Shown one piece after another: positions 1-8,949 of a stretch of 64,000 nucleotides of DNA (its first letter is position 1; the number at the start of each line of letters is the position of its first letter). Position numbers and translations under genes: made by a program. The stretch is from Gammaproteobacteria bacterium. Its GTDB lineage: Bacteria > Pseudomonadota > Gammaproteobacteria > Ga0077536. The notes under the pieces were generated by a model. That model was not told the origin of the DNA and made no database searches. It saw only the letters and a program-made list of their open reading frames with translations. Location of the stretch: the NCBI GenBank assembly GCA_963662545.2, contig CAXXLL010000003.1:2784001-2848000 (forward strand). Reading direction: 5' to 3'.

Positions 1-898
1 CGCCATCGGTTAGTAAGGTGCCTTTAAAGTCCACCAACGTTTTGTCGATGTGCGACCGCGCCTTGGTTCGCGCAAACGTGAACGCAATCTCATCCGCTTC
101 GCCATAAATTGGCCAATACCACGCCGCGTTCATCTTGCCCTTGCCCGAGCGACCCGCCTTAATCGGCGTTTCATCCATCGCCAGCGTCTTCGATAACAAG
201 ATATGCCGCAACTGCGCCAGATAAATCGGCTTCAACAGGTCACTTGCCTTCTGCACCCAGTGCGTCAGACTCGACCGCGCCACGGTAATGCCGTTCAGCC
301 CCATTCGTTGATGTTGACGGTACAGCGGCAGGTGATAAGCGAACTTATCAACCAGCATCCCCGCAACCACACTCACATCCGCCAATGAGCCGGACCACAG
401 ACCATCGGGCGCCGGGATCGTGAAGATCTGACCGTCGCTTTTGCGCTTCACTACCGGTTGGATGTACTTCAAGACCACATAGGCCGCCGGCCGTTGCGCT
501 AAACGATAGGTGATCTTTTCACTGCTCGCTTCAAACGCATCCGCGACATCTTCAGGTACCGACAATTGGATGCATTCAATCGGCACCGAGTCATCGAAAC
601 GTAACCCTTGATCAGTCACACAATCATCGCCACGGCGCTTTCCTTTGCGCCGCTGATAAGTGATCGTTTCTTTCTCAACCGCCGCCGTCGATGACGACTC
701 ATCCTCGAAGCCATTGAGTAACCGTTGATCGGGATTGGGATCAATCAGCCGCCGTTCAGACTTGCGACCGAACAGTTGGCGTTTGAACCAGTCGAGTTGT
801 TGGGTGAGTGTGGCGACCTGCGTTTTGAGGGCTGTGTTTTCCGCTTGTAACACCGCCGCATCAAGTGATATTTCCGGCGTTGCATAACCCCCATTCAT
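1..898 (-). CDS. tnpC: IS66 transposase TnpC (3' part outside window)
   Basis: Manual translation MNGGY...QQLDWFKRQLFGRKSERR...HLPLYRQ...DETP, paralogous to ORF 2537-4072. Confidence 0.9.
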   Translation of the reverse strand, partial: MNGGYATPEISLDAAVLQAENTALKTQVATLTQQLDWFKRQLFGRKSERRLIDPNPDQRLLNGFEDESSSTAAVEKETITYQRRKGKRRGDDCVTDQGLRFDDSVPIECIQLSVPEDVADAFEASSEKITYRLAQRPAAYVVLKYIQPVVKRKSDGQIFTIPAPDGLWSGSLADVSVVAGMLVDKFAYHLPLYRQHQRMGLNGITVARSSLTHWVQKASDLLKPIYLAQLRHILLSKTLAMDETPIKAGRSGKGKMNAAWYWPIYGEADEIAFTFARTKARSHIDKTLVDFKGTLLTDG

Positions 899-916
899 GG
901 GTACGTATTGTACCGT

Positions 917-1285
917 TTACACTGCTGACCGTCGATCGTTTTCCGGTAATCGAAACCGTTTTAATCGACGCACTGAGCGTAGATCGATCCCTTCAATAAT
1001 GCACTGCCATTCGCTGCGTTGCAGCCGCTGTTTGACCTCGCTATTCCACCGAACCTGGAACTGACCGCGTTCGAGTTTCTTACTCCACAGACAATATCCG
1101 TCCGACTCAAAGTACAGCGCTTTTAATAACGTACGCCGGCGATTGACGAAAACGTACAGTGCCCCATCGAGGGGCTCCTCGTGTAACGCCTGCCGCACCA
1201 ACGCCGATAAACCATGGAACGATTGACGCATATCAGTCGGTGCCCGACATAACCATATACGCAAACCCGATGGGGGCGACCACAT
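917..1285 (-). CDS. tnpB: IS66 accessory protein TnpB (Orf2)
   Basis: PTDMRQSFHGL, LYVFVNRRR, WSKKLERGQF motifs. Confidence 0.92.
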   Translation of the reverse strand: MWSPPSGLRIWLCRAPTDMRQSFHGLSALVRQALHEEPLDGALYVFVNRRRTLLKALYFESDGYCLWSKKLERGQFQVRWNSEVKQRLQRSEWQCIIEGIDLRSVRRLKRFRLPENDRRSAV

Positions 1286-1575
1286 CAGTGCCGTGACACA
1301 CGTAGCACGATGTCATCACCGAGCGCTAACTCGATATCCCATTGTGCATTGGTTAATGGTTGTAACGGGGCCAACTCGACGAAACGTGTTTCCGCCTTCC
1401 CTATCTGAGCGTCCCTCGCTGACCTCGACTTCCTTTTACTGAACGTCGAATATCCAATTCCTCGCTCAGCACAGAATGCGCGGATCGATGAACCGCTTTG
1501 TGCCTGCTCCGCTAATAGGCCACGCCACTCATCCGCACTACGTCGTTTGTTCCGAGGTTTTCCGTGATCATTCAT
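1285..1575 (-). CDS. tnpA: IS66 TnpA (Orf1)
   Basis: W..L...Q..SG.SIRAFC...GI HTH-like segment; position upstream of tnpB. Confidence 0.88.
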   Translation of the reverse strand: MNDHGKPRNKRRSADEWRGLLAEQAQSGSSIRAFCAERGIGYSTFSKRKSRSARDAQIGKAETRFVELAPLQPLTNAQWDIELALGDDIVLRVSRH

Positions 1576-1661
1576 TTACCAAGCTCCCGATTGACTGGGA
1601 AACCTGGCAAACTAAACCATCTGCCCGAGACCGTGAATAACGGCCTGGATTGACCGGTTAC

Positions 1662-1888
1662 TCTCAGACGGCTACGACATGATTCAGTATTCCGTTTATG
1701 GGCGCCTTTTGAACGGTAAAGACGCGCAAGCCAAACATTTTAAACGCTTGATAAATCACTTACCGCCCGAGGGATCGATTCGATGTCTTACGATAACCGA
1801 GAAGCAATTTGCGAGCATGAAGCTGCTTGTGGGTATGCCGCTTTTTCAGGAAAAAGCCGTCACATCCGAGCAAATGCTGCTTTTTTAG
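1662..1888 (+). pseudogene. cas2: Type II-C Cas2, 3' fragment (5' part separated by IS66)
   Basis: [14 protein letters not shown]...[20 protein letters not shown]...QMLLF closely resembles Neisseria-type Cas2; the N-terminal catalytic FDLP segment is absent; lies next to the array. Confidence 0.92.
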
Positions 1889-1948
1889 TGGTTTTAAAGA
1901 AATCGCAACCCCGCCGGCCTATGCCTAGCGGGGCTTCTCGGCAAGTCT
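1889..1948. promoter_or_regulatory. CRISPR leader-like segment with GC hairpin (possible terminator for minus-strand crRNA transcripts)
   Basis: 60 bp between cas2 stop and repeat 1; CCCCGC (1909-1914) pairs with GCGGGG (1928-1933). Confidence 0.5.
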
Positions 1949-2529
1949 ATTGTAGCAATCCGGGGTGAGAGAGGGAGCTACAACAGAGCTGGACGCCAGC
2001 CCCATTCGTTGATGTTGACGGTACAGCGGCAGGTGATAAGCGAACTTATCAACCAGCATCCCCGCAACCACACTCACATCCGCCATTGACAGCGTGAGAT
2101 TGTAGCAATCCGGGGTGAGAGAGGGAGCTACAACCTGTATGAATGCGTGGCGATTGTCCAGACGATTGTAGCAATCCGGGGTGAGAGAGGGAGCTACAAC
2201 TTAGGCTCCTTTTCGGACACGACCTCGATCATTGTAGCAATCCGGGGTGAGAGAGGGAGCTACAACCGCTAATGCTCTGTGCCGCAATCCAAAATAATTG
2301 TAGCAATCCGGGGTGAGAGAGGGAGCTACAACCCATTGTCACGACACAATGAAGCGGCTACAGACAAGATTGTAGCAATCCGGGGTGAGAGAGGGAGCTA
2401 CAACACCTACGCCGTCTGCGCCTGTCGGACCTGTATTGTAGCAATCCGGGGTGAGAGAGGGAGCTACAACCCGGGCTAAGTCAGTGAAAACACCATCAAC
2501 ATTGTAGCAATCCGGGGTGAGAGAGGGAG
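1949..2529 (-). CRISPR. Type II-C CRISPR array: 7 full repeats, 1 truncated repeat, 7 spacers
   Basis: Identical 36-bp repeat ATTGTAGCAATCCGGGGTGAGAGAGGGAGCTACAAC at 1949, 2099, 2165, 2231, 2297, 2369, 2435; cut copy at 2501. Spacers are 114, 30, 30, 30, 36, 30, 30 bp. Reverse complement GTTGTAGCTCCCT...TGCTACAAT resembles the Neisseria II-C repeat. Confidence 0.97.
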
Positions 2530-2536
2530 TAACCGG

Positions 2537-4072
2537 TTAAACGGCGACGTCTTGAATTCGTTTCTGCGGTGTGTTGGTCACGGCCAAATCAGACCGTAGC
2601 GGGTTATCACTGAACATCGATTTCCATACCCGCGGCGTCAACTGCTCCACCGCACTATCCGGATGGATCGCGATCCGTTGCAGCACATCGACCAGGTAGG
2701 TATACGGGTTGATACCGTGCAAGCGACACGTGCAGAGCAAACTCTGGATGATCCCAACATGCTCGGCACCCACCTCCGTCCAGCAAAACAACCACGCCTT
2801 GCGCCCCATCGGGATAGGCCGAAGTGCACGCTCTAAGTGATTGGTATCAATGGCGACACTCGGATCTGATAGATAAATCCGCAATGCGCCCTCACGCTCA
2901 CTCGCATAACCGACAGCTTTAGTAAACGGTTGGCTGGGTAATAAGTCCAGCCGCTGGCGTTGCCCATGCAACCAAGCAAAGAACGCATCCACCGCCGGCA
3001 AAGCATGTAAACCGCGAGTCGCCTGCGTCGCCACTGCCTCCATTTGTTGCTTGCGGATAGTGGCCTCAACCGTATACAGCTGACCTATCAGTTCAAGCGC
3101 GGCATGGGCGCCTGGTGGGTCATCTGACAACGCCCGTTCGAATTGGCGTCTTGTATGGGCCCAGCATTGCGCGTGCACCACATCCTCGTGTTCAATCGCA
3201 TAGCGGGTATAAGCCGCCGCACCATCCGTTAACAGCGTGCCCTTAAAGTCCAACAAGGTCTTCTCGATATGCGTGCGCGCTTTACTCGGCGCAAAGGTAA
3301 ATGCGATTTCATCCGCCTCGCCATAGATCGGCCAATACCAGGCCGTTCTCATCTTGCCTTTACCTGCGCGGCCCGCCTTGACCGGCGTCTCGTCCATCGC
3401 CAGCGTCTTCGATTGCAAGATATGCCGTAACAGCGCCAGATAAATCGGTTGCAGTAAGCCGCTCGCTTTCTTCACCCATTGCGTCAAGCTAGCACGCGAT
3501 ACCGTAATGCCATTCATCGCCAGTCGCTGATGTTGGCGATACAACGGTAAGTGATAGGCGAATTTGTCGACCAGCATCCCAGCGACCACACTCACATCCA
3601 CCATGCTGCCGGGCCACAGACCTTCCGGCGCCGCAAGGGTAACGATTTGACCATCGCGCTTGCGCTTCACCACCGGCCGGATGTACTTCAATACCACATA
3701 CGCCCCCGGCCGTTGCGCTAACCGATAGGTCACCTTCTCGCTAATCGATTCAAAGTCACCCGCCAGGTCTGCCGGTACCGATAAGCGGATGGTTTGGATC
3801 GGCACCGAGTCATCAAACCGCAAGCCTTGCTCGGTCACACAATCCGCATCACGACGCTTACCTTTGCGCCGTTGATACGTAATGGTTTCTTTCTCAACTT
3901 GCGCTGCCTCAGGCCGCGCTACGTTAAAGCCATCCAGTTGCGGTTGGTCCGGATTGGGCTCGATTAAACGCCGTTCAGACTTGCGGCCGAACAGTTGGCG
4001 TTTGAACCAGTCGAGTTGATGGGTGAGTTGTGCGACTTGCGATTTAAGGGCGGTGATTTCTGCTTGTAACAT
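2537..4072 (-). CDS. tnpC: IS66 transposase TnpC
   Basis: HLPLYRQ, DETP, CWAHTRR, DTNHLERALRP, GRKAWLF motifs. Confidence 0.95.
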   Translation of the reverse strand: MLQAEITALKSQVAQLTHQLDWFKRQLFGRKSERRLIEPNPDQPQLDGFNVARPEAAQVEKETITYQRRKGKRRDADCVTEQGLRFDDSVPIQTIRLSVPADLAGDFESISEKVTYRLAQRPGAYVVLKYIRPVVKRKRDGQIVTLAAPEGLWPGSMVDVSVVAGMLVDKFAYHLPLYRQHQRLAMNGITVSRASLTQWVKKASGLLQPIYLALLRHILQSKTLAMDETPVKAGRAGKGKMRTAWYWPIYGEADEIAFTFAPSKARTHIEKTLLDFKGTLLTDGAAAYTRYAIEHEDVVHAQCWAHTRRQFERALSDDPPGAHAALELIGQLYTVEATIRKQQMEAVATQATRGLHALPAVDAFFAWLHGQRQRLDLLPSQPFTKAVGYASEREGALRIYLSDPSVAIDTNHLERALRPIPMGRKAWLFCWTEVGAEHVGIIQSLLCTCRLHGINPYTYLVDVLQRIAIHPDSAVEQLTPRVWKSMFSDNPLRSDLAVTNTPQKRIQDVAV

Positions 4073-4124
4073 CGTCGCATCGAGGGGAGTGCAGTGTGAC
4101 GCAGCCCTCTTTCATGAGCGTGAA

Positions 4125-4502
4125 TTATAACGTTTGCACGCTTGAACGTCGATCGTTTTCAGGTAAATTAAAACGCCTTAATCGACGCACTGAACGTAAG
4201 TCGATGCCTTCAATAATGCATTGCCATTCGCTACGTTGGAGCCGCTGTTTGACGTCGCTGTCCCAACGTACTTGGAACTGACCGCGCTCTAATCGTTTAC
4301 TCCAGATACAATAACCATCTACTTCAAAGTACAACGCCTTCAGCAATGTCCGTCGGCGATTCACAAAAACGTACAACGCACCGTCGAGCGGGTCTTCGTT
4401 TAAGCCTTGGCGGACCAAAGCCGACAAGCCGTGAAAAGATTTACGCATGTCGGTCGGCGACCGGCACAACCAAATGCGCAAACCGCAAGGCGCTGACCAC
4501 AT
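4125..4502 (-). CDS. tnpB: IS66 TnpB
   Basis: PTDMRKSFHGL; paralog of 917-1285; start placed at MWSAP. Confidence 0.92.
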   Translation of the reverse strand: MWSAPCGLRIWLCRSPTDMRKSFHGLSALVRQGLNEDPLDGALYVFVNRRRTLLKALYFEVDGYCIWSKRLERGQFQVRWDSDVKQRLQRSEWQCIIEGIDLRSVRRLRRFNLPENDRRSSVQTL

Positions 4503-4792
4503 CAGCGACGCGCCAACCGCAACACAATATCGGGGCCCAGGGTGACCTCGACATCCCAACCATCATTTGACGATGACCGTGGCGGTGATAACTCAATGAA
4601 GGGGATTGTTTGTGACGCGGTTTGCTCCGCCCCGGATAATGCCGACTTCCAGCGCGCAAAGGTTGAATAACCGATGCCGCGTTGCGCGCAAAAAGCTTTG
4701 ACCGAGAGCCCACTTTGGGCTTGCTCTGCGAACAATGCTCGCCACGCGGCGGGTGTACGGCGCTTCCAGCGGGATTTGCGTTGTGGTGTCAT
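4502..4792 (-). CDS. tnpA: IS66 TnpA
   Basis: Paralog of 1285-1575. Confidence 0.88.
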   Translation of the reverse strand: MTPQRKSRWKRRTPAAWRALFAEQAQSGLSVKAFCAQRGIGYSTFARWKSALSGAEQTASQTIPFIELSPPRSSSNDGWDVEVTLGPDIVLRLARR

Positions 4793-4878
4793 GTGCCAGG
4801 CTCCTAACGGGACGGAAAACCTGGCAAACTAACTCACTGCCATTTAAATCGGAATGACGGTCTGGTTTAACCGCTTAC

Positions 4879-6163
4879 GTTCCTACGACCGGGTCGCCGC
4901 GTTCGCACGAGCTTGGCGGGCGCAGCAGCAAGAAGCAGTAAAAGCGAGCCGCGCCGCGTTTGTCCCGCTGGTGTTTGCACCAGGAGAAGCGTTTCAATTC
5001 GACTGGAGTGACGACTGCACGGATGCAGGAGGTAGAGCAATGCAGGAGCAATTGCCGAAGATTGGGCAGTGATCGGTGGCGAGCGCCGTAAGCTGATGGT
5101 CGCGCATTTCAAGCTGTCTTATAGCCGTGCGTTCATCCTCAGGGCCTACCCGTTGCAGACCCACGAGATGCTCTTCGACGCCCACAACCACGGGTTAGCG
5201 GTGCTCGGCGGTGTGCCGCAGCGCGGCATTTACGACAACATGAAGACGGCGGTGGATCGTGTCGGCCGAGGCAAAGCCCGAGCGGTCAACGCGCGTTTCC
5301 AAGCAATGGCCAGTCACTTCTTATTCGAGGCCACATTTTGTAACCCCGCCGCCGGCTGGGAGAAGGGCCAGGTCGAGAAAGGGGTGAGAGACTCACGGTC
5401 GCGACTGTGGCACGACGCGCCGAAGTTTGCCGACCTGGACGAACTCAACACCTGGTTGAGTGCGCGTTGTCAGACTCTATGGCACGAAGTCCGCCATCCG
5501 GAGCAGCCGACACAGACCATCGCTGAGGTCTGGGCGGATGAACGACCGGCGCTGATGCGGATGCCACCACCGTTTGATGGATTCATCGAACACACCAAAC
5601 GCGTCTCGCCAACGTGTTTGATCGCGTTCGAACGTAATCGTTACAGCGTACCCGCGGCTTTCGCGAACCATGCTGTGAGCTTACGGGTTTACGCGGACCG
5701 CCTCGTCGTTGCCGCCGAAGGTCATCCAGTCGTTGAACATCCTCGATTGTTTGCGCAAGGCCATGACCGTGTGGCGCAAGTGTTATACGACTGGCGTCAT
5801 TATCTGGCGGTGCTACAACGCAAACCGGGTGCATTGCGCAACGGTGCACCATTTGCGGAACTGCCAGCAGCCTTCAAACGCCTCCAGTCAATGCTGCTCA
5901 AACGTCCTGGAGGAGACCGCGAGATGGTCGACATCCTGGCGTTGGTGTTACACCACGACGAACAGACCGTGTTGTGTGCGGTAGAACTCGCGCTTGAAAC
6001 CGGCGCACCATCGAAGCAGCACGTTATAAATATTCTAAACCGGTTGCTCGCAGCAACCGCGCCGGCGCCTATCGACACGCCGGCTGGATTAAGTTTGACT
6101 GCAGAGCCGCAAGCCAATGTCGATCGCTACGATCACTTACGGGAGCGCATGCATGCCAGCTGA
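4879..6163 (+). pseudogene. istA: IS21 transposase IstA, 5'-truncated and frameshifted by a 47-bp insert
   Basis: FQFDWS and [16 protein letters not shown] lie in different frames; compared with the intact paralog at 17360-18883. Confidence 0.9.
5012..5058. repeat. 47-bp insertion within istA
   Basis: CGACTGCACGGATGCAGGAGGTAGAGCAATGCAGGAGCAATTGCCGA interrupts the D-W-S-E-D-W codons seen in the paralog. Confidence 0.8.
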
Positions 6164-6926
6164 GGCCATGGTGACGACCTTAAAATCGTTAAAACTTCAC
6201 GGCATGGCTGACGCTATCGGTGAACTCGCTCAACAACAAGCGCCCGCTTATCACCAAGCCGAGCCGCTGCTAGAGTCACTGCTCAAAGCGGAAGTTGCAG
6301 AGCGTGAAGTGCGCTCGATCAACTATCAAATGAAAGTGGCTCGCTTCCCGGCATACCGTGACTTGGCTGGTTTCAACTGCGCCGAGAGCGCCGTTGACCA
6401 AACGCTGGTGAAGTCTCTCCATGCCGGTGATTTCATCGACGACGCACACCACGTCGTGTTCATCGGCGGACCTGGGACAGGCAAGACCCATTTAGCAACG
6501 GCGATTGGCGTCCATGCGATCAGACATCTTCATCTGCGCGTTCGCTGCTTCTCTACCATCGAACTTGTCAACCTGATCGAGCAAGAAAAGGCAGACGGCA
6601 AACCCGGACAAATGGCTAATCGTCTTGTCCATGCCGATCTCGTCATTCTCGATGAACTCGGTTATTTACCATTCTCGCGAGCGGGCGGCGCATTGCTCTT
6701 CCATTTACTGAGCAAGCTATACGAACGTACCAGCGTCGTCATCACGACGAATCTCAGTTTTTCTGAATGGTCGAGCGTGTTCGTCGACCCGAAAATGACG
6801 ACCGCACTTTTGGACCGATTCACGCATCACTGCCATATCGCTGAGACTGGCAATGATAGCTATCGATTCAAAAACAGTTCAATACGCGAGAAAAAGGAAA
6901 AGAAGACTAGAAAATTATCAAAGTAA
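6153..6926 (+). CDS. istB: IS21 helper ATPase IstB
   Basis: Walker [10 protein letters not shown]; ILDELGYLP; TTALLDR. Confidence 0.95.
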   Translation: MPAEAMVTTLKSLKLHGMADAIGELAQQQAPAYHQAEPLLESLLKAEVAEREVRSINYQMKVARFPAYRDLAGFNCAESAVDQTLVKSLHAGDFIDDAHHVVFIGGPGTGKTHLATAIGVHAIRHLHLRVRCFSTIELVNLIEQEKADGKPGQMANRLVHADLVILDELGYLPFSRAGGALLFHLLSKLYERTSVVITTNLSFSEWSSVFVDPKMTTALLDRFTHHCHIAETGNDSYRFKNSSIREKKEKKTRKLSK

Positions 6927-7414
6927 CGAGCCATACTGGCTCTTCCGGGTGGGTCAATTTTCAATGCAAATCCCGGATCACTTTTCGATGCAACTCAACA
7001 CATACACAAATGACTTGAGATAATGACAACGATTTAATATTGTTCTGATGCGCATTGGGATTGTTGTTAACCATCTTGTTACTCTCTCAAGTACTATGAT
7101 GATTCTCTTCCCAATGCGCTTCAACTATGCTTTTGTCATTTATCTACCCACAGATTCTGCGGAAGAGCCTTATTGTTTAAGCGGGTAGTCTTAGGTGCTC
7201 AATCCAGTGCCCACTTTTATCCTTCGGGGCGCGCCATTTTTTCGATTGTCACTTCGAGCAGTTGGCGTTTCTTCCGTTGACTGTTTTTTGTTTCAGCAAT
7301 ACCAGTGCCGGAGTATTGCCGGACTTTGTACAGTATTAGAATATTTATTCTAGTTCATTTCCGAATCGTGATATCTATATATTTATGATCATAGATTTCA
7401 TCGATCTATTAAAA

Positions 7415-8623
7415 CTACAGCAACCAATGAGTGGTGGGTTGTTTCAGCCGAACTCGGCCATACACTTCCTTGATGATCTCTTCATTCATGGCCTCGTGCA
7501 TGGTCATGGCGTTGATGTCACGATAGAAGCGTTGCATGGGACTTAGCTCATGCAGTGAAGAACCTCCAGAATCCTGGAACAGGATATTGACCACTTCCCG
7601 GCAGAGATGCATGGCATGTACCCCATATAATCTTATTCGAGCCCGTTCTTCCGCACCTAATACCTTCTCATTGTTTATTGCAGCGTCAAATGACAGATCA
7701 CAGGCATGGTCTGTCATCAATATAGCGGATTCCAGTTTCGCCGTGACATCACCCAAGTTGCGATGGGTTGATGACAAACGCTTTTTGGGAATGTCATCGG
7801 TATAAACCATTGGCCTGGCTGAACGGTTTTGAATCAAGTCCTCATAATGTTCCAATGCGCCGACTGCAGCGCCAACAGTTGTGCCTGAACCTAATGAAAC
7901 TGCAAGTAGTGCCCCGAACGGAGCACGATAGAGTAAAGGTCTTGAGGTACCACATTTGTGCACCAGGGCAGTTTCCGCTTTTAACATCCTGTGCTCAGGT
8001 ACAAAGTATTCGTCCTCCTTTAACCGCACACTGTTACTCCCACTCGCCTTGAGACCAGCCACATACCAATCGTCATTAATCGCGATTTCATCGGGTGGTA
8101 TCAGGAAAAACGCCTTGTTATGTCCCGGTGGCAATCCGGGTAATTGTGCGCCCAAAATAAACCAATCCGCATTATGGGAACCGGAGCAAAACGGCCAGAC
8201 GCTGTTCTTTAATATATAACCACCATTGACTTTAGTCGCCGTGGTTCGGTCGGGAAGAATACCGGATATACCAGCATTTGGATCGGTACCGAACACTTCT
8301 TCCTGAGCCTGTTCCGGAAACATCGCCATCACATAAGTATGACAGGACATCACACTGTAAACCCAACTGGAAGAGGGACAGGCCTTGGCAATTTCAGCTG
8401 CGATGCGCCAAAAATAACGGGGATGCAATTCATATCCACCAAAACGCACTGGCACATAGGCACGAAACAGATCAGCTTCTTTCATGGCTTTGAAAGAATC
8501 TGCATGGACATGTCGCTGTTGCTCTGCCTCTGCGGCACGTTCACGTAAATCCGGTGCCAACGCACTGGCCTTTTCGATAAGCGTTGTCGCTAATTCCCGT
8601 TGATCGCTGGCAGTTGTATTCAT
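7415..8623 (-). CDS. Acyl-CoA-dehydrogenase-fold flavin-dependent monooxygenase (HsaA-like oxygenase component)
   Basis: PVRFGGYE, WPFCSGSHNADW, DDWYVAGLKASGSN, PMQRFYRD motifs. Confidence 0.82.
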   Translation of the reverse strand: MNTTASDQRELATTLIEKASALAPDLRERAAEAEQQRHVHADSFKAMKEADLFRAYVPVRFGGYELHPRYFWRIAAEIAKACPSSSWVYSVMSCHTYVMAMFPEQAQEEVFGTDPNAGISGILPDRTTATKVNGGYILKNSVWPFCSGSHNADWFILGAQLPGLPPGHNKAFFLIPPDEIAINDDWYVAGLKASGSNSVRLKEDEYFVPEHRMLKAETALVHKCGTSRPLLYRAPFGALLAVSLGSGTTVGAAVGALEHYEDLIQNRSARPMVYTDDIPKKRLSSTHRNLGDVTAKLESAILMTDHACDLSFDAAINNEKVLGAEERARIRLYGVHAMHLCREVVNILFQDSGGSSLHELSPMQRFYRDINAMTMHEAMNEEIIKEVYGRVRLKQPTTHWLL

Positions 8624-8633
8624 ACTTTCCTGC

Positions 8634-8870
8634 TCAAGTGTTTTTATGACTGCCGTCACAGAGGAATAATTTGCCACTACGTTTACAGCCACACAACCAT
8701 TTGGATTCCGTTGCCGTGAGTTCAAATTTCACCGGAGTAAAGTCACTACCTTGATGGGAACCATCACAAAAAGGTTGGTTAGAAGAACGACCACAGCTAC
8801 ACCAGAAATAAACACCCGCTTCGAGTTCCACCCCATAGGGACCACTTTGTGGACAATCCGGCTCGCTCAT
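8634..8870 (-). CDS. CDGSH iron-sulfur protein (two CDGSH motifs)
   Basis: WCSCGRS..QPFCDGSH and LCGCKRS...CDGSH. Confidence 0.93.
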   Translation of the reverse strand: MSEPDCPQSGPYGVELEAGVYFWCSCGRSSNQPFCDGSHQGSDFTPVKFELTATESKWLCGCKRSGKLFLCDGSHKNT

Positions 8871-8949
8871 GACGTTTCCACATTAATTAATTTTGTTACT
8901 GCCAAATACTCCCACAGCACCTGAGTTTCGACAAGTTAAATAGAGAATA

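Larger units (their letters stand above)
1..1661 (-). mobile_element. IS66-family element #1 (runs off window start), inserted into cas2
   Basis: tnpA-tnpB-tnpC order; terminal GTAACCGGTCAATCCAGG read on the minus strand from 1661; the cas2 reading frame resumes right after it. Confidence 0.93.
2529..4878 (-). mobile_element. IS66-family element #2
   Basis: Imperfect TIRs GTAACCGGTTAAAC / GTAAGCGGTTAAAC; tnpABC; flanks show no 8-bp duplication. Confidence 0.94.
4879..7000 (+). mobile_element. IS21-family element #1, left part missing
   Basis: istA begins mid-gene (SYDRVAAF) at the IS66 end; istB follows; right end ...GATGCAACTCAACA is the reverse complement of the end at 16523. Confidence 0.92.

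Noticed and set aside
1925-2086. 53-codon minus-strand ORF starting at the IS junction in spacer 1
   Set aside because: Open mainly because it inherits the tnpC frame; no RBS or other support.
2279-2479. 66-aa ORF with repeated IVAIRGERGSYN
   Set aside because: It is a translation of the CRISPR repeats.
2135-2500. Possible matches of spacers 2-7 elsewhere in the window
   Set aside because: None noticed by eye; a proper search is needed to exclude them.
7148-7170. CCCACAGATTCTGCGGAAGAGCC resembling an IS end
   Set aside because: No partner end or transposase found; too short to support.
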